This document shows, one piece after another, positions 27,099 to 35,699 of a DNA stretch of 64,000 bases. The DNA is from Thermoanaerobaculia bacterium (GTDB lineage Bacteria; Acidobacteriota; Thermoanaerobaculia; Gp7-AA8). A program made the position numbers and the translations under genes. Positions within the stretch are counted from its first letter, which is position 1; each line of letters begins with the position of its first letter. The DNA is taken from contig DASQJY010000028.1 of assembly GCA_035630815.1 (NCBI GenBank), forward strand, positions 264,187-328,186. The letters run 5' to 3'. Below the pieces are notes generated by a model, which searched no databases, had not been told where the DNA came from, and was given only the letters and a program-made list of their open reading frames with translations.

Positions 27099-28495
27099 TG
27101 ACCACCACAAAACGCATCCTTCGCTTCCGCTATGAGACCGCCGCCGCGCACGCCGCGAAGGCGTGGGAGCAGTTCTACCTCGATAACGACGGCTTCTATC
27201 ACGAGCAGCGCGAGCGCGCCGGTGCGGCGCGCGGTGCCGTCTTCGCGACGTACCGCCTCGCCAACAACCGGCAGATGCCGGTCTGGCTGACGCCGGAGGA
27301 TCTCGACCGCCATGCCATCGTTCTCGGCGCGACCGGCACCGGCAAGTCGTCGCTCCTCGAACGCATGGCGCGCCTCTGCTTCGACACGAAGCGCGGCATC
27401 GCGCTCCTCGACCCGCACGGCGATCTCTACGCGCGTACGGCAGCGTGGGCGAAGCATGCCGGCGTCAGTGACCTCACGCTCCTCGACTTCACCGAGCCCG
27501 ACCAGCTCCCCGGCTGGAACCCCTTGAAGCCCATCCCCAGCGTCGATCCCGGCCGCCAGGTCGATCTCCTCATCGGCATCTTTAAACGCCTCTACAGCGA
27601 CGAAGACGCGAAGAGCTGGAGCTATGGCGTGAAGGCCGAGGAGATCCTTCGCTACAGCCTCCGCGCCTGCATCGAGAGCGAAACGCCGGCGACGATCGAC
27701 ACCATGCGATCGTTCCTCCTCATCCCGGCGCTCCGCTCATCGCTCTTGCAGACGACTTCCGCGGAAGTGCGGTACTACTTCCACGAGCGCTTCTCGAAAC
27801 GCGAGGAGATGCACGTCGCAGCAGTGCTCAACAAGCTGGAGCCCTTCCTCGGCTCGATGGCGGTGCAGCGCTTCCTCGGCAAGCCCACGAGCACGGTCGA
27901 TCCACTCGCGATTATGGATCGTGGCGGCACGCTCCTCGTGAATCTCGCGAAGGGCTACCTCGGACCGACCGCCGACATCCTCGGCCGCCTCCTCCTCAAC
28001 GGACTGGAACTCGGCGCGCTTCGCCGCGAAGCGGTCGCGCCGGAGGAGCGTCTACCATACACACTCATCATCGACGAGGCACACACGTTCGCCGGCAGTG
28101 ACGGCGCGCTCGACGTACTCCTCACGGCCGCGCGGAAGTACCGAGTGTCGCTCGTCCTCGCGGCGCAAGCGCTCGCCCTCTTTCCAAGTCGGTTCGAGAC
28201 GCTCGCCCTCGGTAACGCCGGCCATCACTTCTTCTTCCGGCTCGCGCAGCAGGAAGCGCAGAAGGTCGCGCCCGGTCTCTTCGAGCCGCAGGGCAACGTG
28301 CCGCGGGTCGCCGTCCGTGCCTACGACAAGATCGCGGACCCATACCTCACACCGGCCGAGGAGATGCGGGAGCGGGCGCGCGAACTCGCCGATCTGCCGA
28401 TCGGCGCGTGCTACTGGGCGATCAAAGGAAAGGCGTACCGCGGGCGGCACATCCAAGTGCACTCGCCCGAAACGCTCACAACGCCGCTGGCATGA
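27098..28495 (+). CDS. HerA/FtsK-superfamily ATPase, type-IV-coupling-protein (TraD/VirD4)-like, copy A
   Basis: The ATG at 27098 overlaps the upstream TAA. HAIVLGATGTGKSSLLERM (Walker A), ALLDPHGDLY, YTLIIDEAHTFAG (Walker B), VSLVLAAQ. Confidence 0.85.
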   Translation: MTTTKRILRFRYETAAAHAAKAWEQFYLDNDGFYHEQRERAGAARGAVFATYRLANNRQMPVWLTPEDLDRHAIVLGATGTGKSSLLERMARLCFDTKRGIALLDPHGDLYARTAAWAKHAGVSDLTLLDFTEPDQLPGWNPLKPIPSVDPGRQVDLLIGIFKRLYSDEDAKSWSYGVKAEEILRYSLRACIESETPATIDTMRSFLLIPALRSSLLQTTSAEVRYYFHERFSKREEMHVAAVLNKLEPFLGSMAVQRFLGKPTSTVDPLAIMDRGGTLLVNLAKGYLGPTADILGRLLLNGLELGALRREAVAPEERLPYTLIIDEAHTFAGSDGALDVLLTAARKYRVSLVLAAQALALFPSRFETLALGNAGHHFFFRLAQQEAQKVAPGLFEPQGNVPRVAVRAYDKIADPYLTPAEEMRERARELADLPIGACYWAIKGKAYRGRHIQVHSPETLTTPLA

Positions 28496-28557
28496 TCTGA
28501 CCAGTAAAACACCAGCGTCAATCACGCCCCAAGCGCAGATGAACCGTAAAACCGTCC

Positions 28558-29400
28558 TTAAACTACACTTACCCCAATCCAAACCGCAACAAAAACCACG
28601 CAAATTATTATCGCCGCAATATCCTCTGGACTCAGATCGGCCGGAAGATCATGCACACTTGCAACCTGCAAAAAACCGCGCTCTATAAGTATGGCATTCG
28701 TGTCACGCGCGAGCTCATCGAACATCATAAGTATGGAATCAACAAAGTGCAGGCCAAATACGCGCCCACCATCCTTGCGACCACGGGCCGTCCTCACAAG
28801 AGCCGCCTTGCCGCGAGCACGCCACCAAGCTTCGCCCACGCGACGATCGATTGTGCTTGACACAACGTAATATGTCACAGCGACCGTGACATACGCGTAT
28901 TGTAGGAACGCCCAACGCGACAAATACTTCCGAATCCACAAAACGTCTGACGGGCAGACACGCAACGTACCCCGCGCAGCAGCCAAAAATAGCAGCAACA
29001 CAAGTGCAACATACGCTGCCACGCCGCTTGTTAATGCACCACTCGCGCCGATCCTTTCCGCAAGCCAATCTTCGATTGAGAACATGCCTAGGCGATTCGC
29101 TGCCACGACGAATCCACTGACGGCCAACCCGATGACCCACCGCGCAGTCGGGCCTCGTCGGTCTGCCCGGAAGTCGAGGCTCTGACACGTCAAGATAATA
29201 AGCAACGAGAGTAAGAGAAAGTCCGCCGAGAACGTCGAATCATAAAATCGAAGCAGCGTTGCGACAGAAGCGACCCCGAGTGGAAGAAAAACAAACAAGA
29301 ACTTCACCAGCGGATGGGACAGGTGACCTCTTCCTTCATATTGGAAGTTGCCGCCGAGCAACTCGTTGACGAGCTGTTGGGTTAATGCGTTGTTCGGCAT
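28558..29400 (-). CDS. EcfT/CbiQ-like transmembrane (T) component candidate
   Basis: Multi-TM protein. Two Ala-Arg-Gly motifs (LAAARGT, RTARGRK) and C-terminal ELARDTNAILIERGF resemble EcfT coupling helices. The ATG at 29400 lies 11 nt after the upstream stop codon. Confidence 0.55.
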   Translation of the reverse strand: MPNNALTQQLVNELLGGNFQYEGRGHLSHPLVKFLFVFLPLGVASVATLLRFYDSTFSADFLLLSLLIILTCQSLDFRADRRGPTARWVIGLAVSGFVVAANRLGMFSIEDWLAERIGASGALTSGVAAYVALVLLLFLAAARGTLRVCPSDVLWIRKYLSRWAFLQYAYVTVAVTYYVVSSTIDRRVGEAWWRARGKAALVRTARGRKDGGRVFGLHFVDSILMMFDELARDTNAILIERGFLQVASVHDLPADLSPEDIAAIIICVVFVAVWIGVSVV

Positions 29401-29411
29401 TACTTCTTCCC

Positions 29412-30875
29412 TCACCCCAGTAGCGTAGCCAACGTATCGGCCGGACGGTTGCTTGTTAATACAACCGCGCTCCACGTCCTATTTTTGACGTACTCATTGA
29501 GCTTTGCAGCGATGCGTGCTCGCAGTTGCGGCCCGAGATTAGCGAACGGCTCGTCAAGAATTGCAAGAACGCATTGTGATGGCAGAAGAGCAAACGCCAC
29601 AATCTTGCGCTGTCCATATGACAGAGAATCTAAAGCAATGTCCAAGGGGACGTCGAGTTCACGAAGCCAAGCATACTTGCCATCTAGCTCCGCTGGATCA
29701 CACACCGAAGCTAGCTCGGACCGAGCTGACGATTGTCCGGACAACAGAAGCTCCGGCTCAGCCGGAAGGTAGGCCAACCGCTTACTTGCCGCAAGTCCCC
29801 GGATTGAAGTGCGAACGGAAAGCACACCCGATAACTCTGCGTTGGGCGCGCGTCCGTAGACGCAAAGGCCCGATCTGCCGAACCATGGATTGAATCGAAA
29901 ATGGCCGGCAAGCGTTCGTGCGAACAAAGTCTTGCCCGCACCGTTGTCGCCGTACACGACATTCACACCTTCCGCAATAGAGTCGACACGAGCCAGACTG
30001 ATCGATGTATCGCCTGCACGATACTCAAGTTCAATGTCAGAGAATATCTTTCGTCCACTACCTGATATGCAGCGGACGCTATGACTAGGAAGGTCCTGAA
30101 AGCTATCCGTGTCAGTGAGGGCTTTAACGTAACTATCTTTGTCCACCCCAAAAGCTGTGAGGTCATCAAGTCGGCCGCTAATATCGTCCACGGCCGCCCC
30201 GGTTGGTCGCGGGCGAACGTCGATTCGCTCCCGCGAACTGGACACCTCGTGATCGATTGCGCCGGACACAAAGACCGCGTCAGCGGGGTGCATGCTCGCG
30301 ACCACATACTTGCCCTTGCAGTGTCGCTCGATCAGCCTAACGGTGCGTTCGGCGTACTTCTTGCTCAGTCGAGCAAAGGGTTCATCCATCAGAATTAGAT
30401 CGGCCTCTGCTAACAGCGCGACGGCCACGCCAATCATTTGCTGCTGACCGGCGCTGAGCGACGCACCGGGGCGCGGAAGTGCGCTGGGAGCCCAATCTAG
30501 TTCATCCTGTAGGAGTGATCCAACCGAATCGGCAAAGTCCTGCTCGTCCAAACCCGAATCGGCGTACATCACCCGAAATTCTTCCGACAAGATACTACCG
30601 ACAAGATTTGCCTTGGGCGATTGGCGGACGTTGATAACGCGCTGAATGTCCGCCGCCTGTAGTACGCGTACTGACTCGCGGTCGAGGGACCGCAGTCCTG
30701 CAAACGATGGGTGGCGGTAAAACAAGGAAAGCGCCGAGAGGAGTGTCGTCTTGCCGCTCGCGTTCAGACCCCATAATACAGAATAACGATCGCAATGCAG
30801 TTCGCCCGTCAGGACTCGCGTGCTGCCTCCATGAAACTCCAGTCGCGCCTGATCAAACGCGAGATGGAGAGTCAT
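29412..30875 (-). CDS. duplicated ABC ATPase (two nucleotide-binding domains, ECF A-A' style)
   Basis: NBD1: GLNASGKTTLLSAL, LSAGQQQMIGVAVAL, LILMDEPFARL. NBD2: GDNGAGKTLFARTL, LSYGQRKIVAFAL, LAILDEPFANL. Confidence 0.85.
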   Translation of the reverse strand: MTLHLAFDQARLEFHGGSTRVLTGELHCDRYSVLWGLNASGKTTLLSALSLFYRHPSFAGLRSLDRESVRVLQAADIQRVINVRQSPKANLVGSILSEEFRVMYADSGLDEQDFADSVGSLLQDELDWAPSALPRPGASLSAGQQQMIGVAVALLAEADLILMDEPFARLSKKYAERTVRLIERHCKGKYVVASMHPADAVFVSGAIDHEVSSSRERIDVRPRPTGAAVDDISGRLDDLTAFGVDKDSYVKALTDTDSFQDLPSHSVRCISGSGRKIFSDIELEYRAGDTSISLARVDSIAEGVNVVYGDNGAGKTLFARTLAGHFRFNPWFGRSGLCVYGRAPNAELSGVLSVRTSIRGLAASKRLAYLPAEPELLLSGQSSARSELASVCDPAELDGKYAWLRELDVPLDIALDSLSYGQRKIVAFALLPSQCVLAILDEPFANLGPQLRARIAAKLNEYVKNRTWSAVVLTSNRPADTLATLLG

Positions 30876-31507
30876 GCCTCCTCCCGTAAGTATGACTGCA
30901 CGCGCCTTACAAACTTATTGTCCTCTGGCACAATTTTGAAGACGAAGGACGCGATTATCGCTGAGATTCCAAAATGGAACGGCGCTGCGACAGCGACTGC
31001 GGTCAGAATTACTTTAGCGCTGCCTGGAACCATTATTACAAATATGAGCCAAAAAATTGCGAAGCCAACAAGAGTTATCCAGAGATGGCCCAAGATGAGA
31101 CGTCCCTGCGTGATCTTCTTCCTAGTTGCAAGGTCGAATACAGCTCCTGCGATAATATAAAGAGGTTTTAAAATAGTGGGTGGTCCGAGATAGGTTGTGA
31201 AGATGGCGATCGTACCCGCGACTGCATACATGCTTGCAACCGACCACCTACGTCGAACAACAACTTTGTTGAGCGTTATGAGGAGTGCTACCCACGGGCT
31301 TGCGGCGGTGATGTTCATGAGCGGGATCGGAAACGGTTCCAACGCGCTGCCACCGAGAGCCAACGCCGTCCCGAAGATGACGCTCCAAATGATGTATTGG
31401 ATTCGCCCCGGAGGAACTGCAACCGCTGCCGGCCGCTGAAGCCGCGTACGAACTCGAGATTCGGGTGTTTCAGTGCCGTTCTGGCCATGCGACATCTTCG
31501 ACTCCAT
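30872..31507 (-). CDS. polytopic membrane protein, candidate ECF substrate-capture (S) component
   Basis: ~6 predicted hydrophobic helices. 4-nt overlap with the downstream ATPase gene. The assignment rests on context only. Confidence 0.5.
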   Translation of the reverse strand: MESKMSHGQNGTETPESRVRTRLQRPAAVAVPPGRIQYIIWSVIFGTALALGGSALEPFPIPLMNITAASPWVALLITLNKVVVRRRWSVASMYAVAGTIAIFTTYLGPPTILKPLYIIAGAVFDLATRKKITQGRLILGHLWITLVGFAIFWLIFVIMVPGSAKVILTAVAVAAPFHFGISAIIASFVFKIVPEDNKFVRRVQSYLREEA

Positions 31508-31533
31508 TCGTCTTGGAAAACGGTTACAGATCG

Positions 31534-31666
31534 CTGAGTACCGCTCCTCGGAATGCTACGCCTTCACGACACATTTACGCAACACGCACTCCACGGCAGC
31601 GGCGACGAACACTGGAGATCCACCCGCGTCTCACCGTCCATTAGATTTCTTTCCGAAGGTACTCAG
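31534..31666 (-). ncRNA. candidate structured 5' leader (riboswitch-like closing stem) upstream of the ECF cassette
   Basis: On the minus strand, cugaguacc (31666-31658) pairs perfectly with gguacucag (31542-31534). It is extended by cuucgg/ccgagg and encloses ~110 nt. No known riboswitch core was recognised. Confidence 0.25.
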
Positions 31667-31668
31667 AT

Positions 31669-32370
31669 TCAGAGCGCCGATAGCGTTTCGACCGCCAACG
31701 GGAAGTCACTCAACGCAGGTACAAGCGCGTCGCGCAGAGAGTCCCGACGTCGCGCCGTCGCGGTGAGGAGCAGGATCGCGGCGGGCGCAGGTCCTATCCA
31801 TTCAGTGAGGAAGCCGATGAGTTCCAGGGTCTTGGGCACGAGTACGGTCTTCACTGACTCGCCGCCCAAATCCACCTCGATTGCTAGCGCGGCACCCGGA
31901 TCATCGGCCTGCGGCTGCCAGAGGCAAAGGAGATCCGGCCAAACGGTGAGTTTCCCCGCGAACAATCGCTGAACCATCCATGCGGGTAGTAACTCGTCCG
32001 GTGCAGGCGTGCGGCGGCGCATCGCGAGCGCCGCGTTCACGATCTCCACCGTGTGCGCGAAGTCCTTCGCCGGAACGGGGCCGCCCGCCGGGAAGAGGTC
32101 GGACGCGGGTGCGAAGCTGCCATCCCCGAGGAAGTCGCGGCCTTTCTTCGTGAGCCAGCAGACCTGGATGCCGTTGCCGTGCAGCCGCTCGACGCCGAGA
32201 TAGCCGCGCTCCGTCGAGCGGTCGAAGAAGCGGGTGACGATCGTTTCCGATACGTCAGGGAAGAGCCAGCCTTTGAGCTGCTGGCGGGTCATCATGCGGA
32301 AGCGGCCGACGAGCGCGTACGCCTCCAGATCGCGCGGGAGGATACGATGTTTCTTTGTCGTCGTCGCCAT
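31669..32370 (-). CDS. Replication-relaxation (PF13814-like) winged-helix protein, copy B
   Basis: From the ATG at 32370: MATTTKKHRILPRDLEAYALVGRFRMMTRQQLKGWLFPDVSETIVTRFFDRSTERGYLGVERL...WLTKKGRDFL. Its start shares one base with the upstream TAA stop. Confidence 0.7.
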   Translation of the reverse strand: MATTTKKHRILPRDLEAYALVGRFRMMTRQQLKGWLFPDVSETIVTRFFDRSTERGYLGVERLHGNGIQVCWLTKKGRDFLGDGSFAPASDLFPAGGPVPAKDFAHTVEIVNAALAMRRRTPAPDELLPAWMVQRLFAGKLTVWPDLLCLWQPQADDPGAALAIEVDLGGESVKTVLVPKTLELIGFLTEWIGPAPAAILLLTATARRRDSLRDALVPALSDFPLAVETLSAL

Positions 32371-32663
32371 TACAGCACCTTGATTGTCACTGAGCAGTAG
32401 TCGCAGTCGAAGCTGCGCGACTGCTCGCCGCAGGATGTACAGCGGAGGCGGCTGCCGTACTCCGTCGCCCGGCATTTCGGGCACGTGGCGAGGAGGTCCA
32501 AGGCGTTCGTCGCTCCGCAATGCGGGCAGTCGATGTAGCCCTTCCGCATGAGCGCCGCCCCACGGGAGAGCTTCATGACTTTGCATGCGAAGACAATGAC
32601 GTACACCGGGCTTGCGAGCAGGTAGAGCAGAGCAAGGCCGATCCATCGAAGTGTCTTATCCAC
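32370..32663 (-). CDS. membrane-anchored multi-zinc-ribbon protein
   Basis: The GTG at 32663 overlaps the ATPase stop by 8 nt. TM LRWIGLALLYLLASPVYVIVFA, then CPHCG...CPKC...CTSCG...CDYC. Confidence 0.5.
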   Translation of the reverse strand: MDKTLRWIGLALLYLLASPVYVIVFACKVMKLSRGAALMRKGYIDCPHCGATNALDLLATCPKCRATEYGSRLRCTSCGEQSRSFDCDYCSVTIKVL

Positions 32664-34278
32664 GATCGCCCTCCTCGCCCTCAGATTTGCCCCGTGCACG
32701 ATCCAGCAGCGCGAAGAGGTCCGAAATACCGCGCGTCGCGGTCCCACCGCTTTGCGGCCTTTTTACGGCCCCAGGCACGATCGACGGCGAGATGCCGCTG
32801 TGGCTCGCGAAGAGATCGGATTCCCATGTCGCGATCAGCTTCTCCGCGTCCTTCACCCGGACCATCGAGCGGCGGGCGATGTGCTGCTCAAACGTTTCGG
32901 TCAACACCTCGCGCGGGTAGCGCGTCGTCGGATCATCGAGGTCGCGCGTACGGAAACGGACTGCGGGGAGTCCCTTCTTCACAAGCACGGCCTGCTGCGT
33001 TGGCAGCTTCGCCATGTCGCGCACGAACGTCTGCCGCTGCTCGGATTCGCTCTTCCCCGGCGTCCGGCTGACGTGCGGGAACAGCCACAGCGCCTCGTCC
33101 TTGCCGCACTCGAACGCAAGCAGCCATTTCGAGTTCAGTCTCAACGCTTCGCATGTCTCACGGGGAATCGCATTCGCCGGGTCTTGCGAGACGGTCACGA
33201 TGGAAAGCCCTTTCCAGCGGAGCGTGCGCGATGCTTCGAGCAGGAAGTCCGCGACCGCGGGCTGCTTCACGATGACGCTGACTTCCTCGACGAGCACCAT
33301 CTCGGGAGTGATCTCCTCGCGCACGTTGGCGTCGTTCAGCACGTCGATCATGCGGTTGATCGCCATTGCCTTCGCGAGTGCCGGGGAGCGCTGCGGCGTC
33401 GGGCCGAAGTTGCCGAGGAAATCGGTCGCGCGATCATCCAGCGGCGCGAGCGCCTGCACCATCGAAGGGGATAGCCCGAAGCTGATCCGCGCCGGCGCCG
33501 ACGACAGGAGGATGTCGAACTGCCGCACGATCGCCGTGCGCGTCTGCGTCGGCAGAGTCGTGTCGATGTGCTCGATCGAGTCGCGGAGCCGCGCATCGGT
33601 GATCCTTGGCAAGATCAGGCGCACGCGAAACTCGGCGTCGAGGAAGAAGGAGCGGACGAACTTGACCGTGATGCCGCACTGCATATTGATCGTGGCGGAG
33701 TACAGGAGGAAGACGCCGTACTCCATGAGGTCGGAGTAGTCGTGGCCGCTCATGTGGCGTGTCGCCGCTGCGCGCAGGCTCGCGAGAAGCGACGGCGACA
33801 TCCCCTTTGGGACCGCGAAGAGGTTGAACCGGGTCAGCGCGTCGGCCGTCACGTCGAAGACCCGGAAGCGCGCAGCGAACGCTTCGCGCTCGGGGTCAGG
33901 GAGATCAAGGAAGTCGGCGGCGATGTGAAGCGACTTGAGGAGGTAGGTTTCGCCCTTTGGGTCAATGAGCTGAAGCCTCCGGGTGCCACTCGCCGACCAG
34001 CCATTCGTAATGATGACGAGGCCGTAGCTCTTGCCCGCGCCGGAGGAGCCCCAGACCATACCGTGCCGCCCGACTTCACGCGCGGCGATGCGGATCTCTT
34101 CGCCACTCGTGATCGTGCCGAGGACGAAGCTCTCGTCACCATCCAGCGCGGCGAGGGTCGTGCGCGCGTCGTCTTCCGAGGAGCCGCGCATCTCGGCGGC
34201 CATCGCGGCGGTGTTCTTGCGCGCGCGGGCGTAGGACTCCTTGCGATTGCCGAAGAACCAATCCGAGCCGGGCGGCAT
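32656..34278 (-). CDS. HerA/FtsK-superfamily ATPase, T4CP/VirB4-like, copy B
   Basis: The ATG at 34278 forms an ATGA overlap. HGMVWGSSGAGKSYGLVI (Walker A), QLIDPKGETY, EMVLVEEVSVIV (Walker-B-like), LSIVTVSQ. Same motif order as copy A. Confidence 0.8.
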   Translation of the reverse strand: MPPGSDWFFGNRKESYARARKNTAAMAAEMRGSSEDDARTTLAALDGDESFVLGTITSGEEIRIAAREVGRHGMVWGSSGAGKSYGLVIITNGWSASGTRRLQLIDPKGETYLLKSLHIAADFLDLPDPEREAFAARFRVFDVTADALTRFNLFAVPKGMSPSLLASLRAAATRHMSGHDYSDLMEYGVFLLYSATINMQCGITVKFVRSFFLDAEFRVRLILPRITDARLRDSIEHIDTTLPTQTRTAIVRQFDILLSSAPARISFGLSPSMVQALAPLDDRATDFLGNFGPTPQRSPALAKAMAINRMIDVLNDANVREEITPEMVLVEEVSVIVKQPAVADFLLEASRTLRWKGLSIVTVSQDPANAIPRETCEALRLNSKWLLAFECGKDEALWLFPHVSRTPGKSESEQRQTFVRDMAKLPTQQAVLVKKGLPAVRFRTRDLDDPTTRYPREVLTETFEQHIARRSMVRVKDAEKLIATWESDLFASHSGISPSIVPGAVKRPQSGGTATRGISDLFALLDRARGKSEGEEGDRG

Positions 34279-34730
34279 CAGTCGTCGTCCTCGTCGTCGG
34301 AGTCGAACGGGAACCGCCCCCGACTGCGACGTGCGTTCGGATTCATGGTGAAGGGCCGCTTTCCGCCGCCCCGGTTGAAGAAGCTCTCCCACGGATCGCG
34401 CGGCTTCGCCTTCGACGCGAAGCGGCTCCGCAGTTTCAGGACGCCGTAGGCGATGAGCGCCGCGATGACGACGGCTGCGATGCAGCCGAGGCCGGACAGG
34501 AGGTCGTGCGCGGGCGACAGAGCGACAGGACCGGGAGGTGCTGCTCCGGCCTCGGTACTCGATATCCCATAGAACAGTCCAACAATGAGCGAGGGTAGGA
34601 ACGCGAGAATGAAGCAAACGCCCGCCCAGCGGCGGAGCATCGCACCAGCATCGGTTTTCGAGAGCGACAGGCTGAGAACGAAGAGCGCGCAGGCCGCCGC
34701 GATGAGAAAGCGAATGAGTTCTGCGAACAC
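34278..34730 (-). CDS. membrane protein with acidic C-terminal tail
   Basis: 3-4 hydrophobic helices. C-terminus ...RFPFDSDDEDDD. Confidence 0.5.
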   Translation of the reverse strand: MFAELIRFLIAAACALFVLSLSLSKTDAGAMLRRWAGVCFILAFLPSLIVGLFYGISSTEAGAAPPGPVALSPAHDLLSGLGCIAAVVIAALIAYGVLKLRSRFASKAKPRDPWESFFNRGGGKRPFTMNPNARRSRGRFPFDSDDEDDD

Positions 34731-34795
34731 GAAGGTCTCCTGACGAAACAGGCGGGCCTTGCGGCCCGCCCGATGGTGTGATGCGGTACGTCGGC

Positions 34796-35257
34796 TTACT
34801 CCGCGTTGTGCGGGCCGTCGTTGTTCTTGTTCAGGTACGGGAAGTGGCGGCGCAGAAGCTCCGCAACTTCGTTGTCGAACGGCCCGGCTTCGACGTACGT
34901 GTAGTGGGCGTTGTGCTTCCGCCAGTGATGCACGTACGGGATGAAGACCTGCTGGAGCTTCTTCAGGCGGCGGCGGACGAGGCGGTGGTTCGCTTCGAGC
35001 TGGTTCGACAGCGCGGAGCGCTTCGAGGCGAAGTAGCAGTACGTCTTGCTCGCGTGCGCGAGCCTGCCGCCGAACAGCACGAGCACGTGCGCCGCAAAGC
35101 TGATGATGGCGAGGATCACGAGCATGAGGAACGGCACCGAGTCGTCGGCGACGACCTGCACCGACACGGCGGTAACGACGGCGGTGAGCGGCATCACGAG
35201 CGCGACGAGCACGCCGAGCGCGATCCAGAGGTAGTAGGCGGTGCGATTACCAGCCAT
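34796..35257 (-). CDS. membrane protein, function unknown
   Basis: Two N-terminal TM helices (YYLWIALGVLVALVMPLTAVV, FLMLVILAIISFAAHVLVLF) plus a basic cytoplasmic tail. Confidence 0.5.
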   Translation of the reverse strand: MAGNRTAYYLWIALGVLVALVMPLTAVVTAVSVQVVADDSVPFLMLVILAIISFAAHVLVLFGGRLAHASKTYCYFASKRSALSNQLEANHRLVRRRLKKLQQVFIPYVHHWRKHNAHYTYVEAGPFDNEVAELLRRHFPYLNKNNDGPHNAE

Positions 35258-35699
35258 AGCTCGGAACCTCCTCCTGCTCGCGCGCGTCGCGCGCTTCGAC
35301 GATCTTCAGCGAGATCAGTACCTCGATCCCGAGGAAGAAGAGCGGAATCCCGTACTTCGCGATGAGCACGAGCATCCAGTTGTTCGTGAGGAGACTCGCG
35401 ACGTACTCGGCGGTCGCGCCGAAGAGCAGCACGTCGATGCCATAGACGCAGCCGAGGGCGAAGAGGAACACGGCGTACTTCATGACGTCGCTGCTATGGA
35501 CCTTGAGGAGATCCGGGTTGCGTTCTTCGAGCCGCTTGATGGCGTTCGCGGTCGCGACGACCTTCCCCTCGGCGTCGAGCACGTCGTGGCCTTTCCAGTT
35601 GATCTTCTTCGCGGTGGCGATGAGCCTCTGACGGCTCGCCTCCTCGTGGGCGGCGGAGCCGCCCGTCGTGATGTTGGGTGCAGCGGTGTTAGCGGGCAT
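35247..35699 (-). CDS. membrane protein, function unknown
   Basis: The ATG at 35699 overlaps the end of the VWA gene. Soluble N-terminal half, then TM helices (YAVFLFALGCVYGIDVLLF, MLVLIAKYGIPLFFLGIEVLISL). Confidence 0.45.
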   Translation of the reverse strand: MPANTAAPNITTGGSAAHEEASRQRLIATAKKINWKGHDVLDAEGKVVATANAIKRLEERNPDLLKVHSSDVMKYAVFLFALGCVYGIDVLLFGATAEYVASLLTNNWMLVLIAKYGIPLFFLGIEVLISLKIVEARDAREQEEVPSYGW

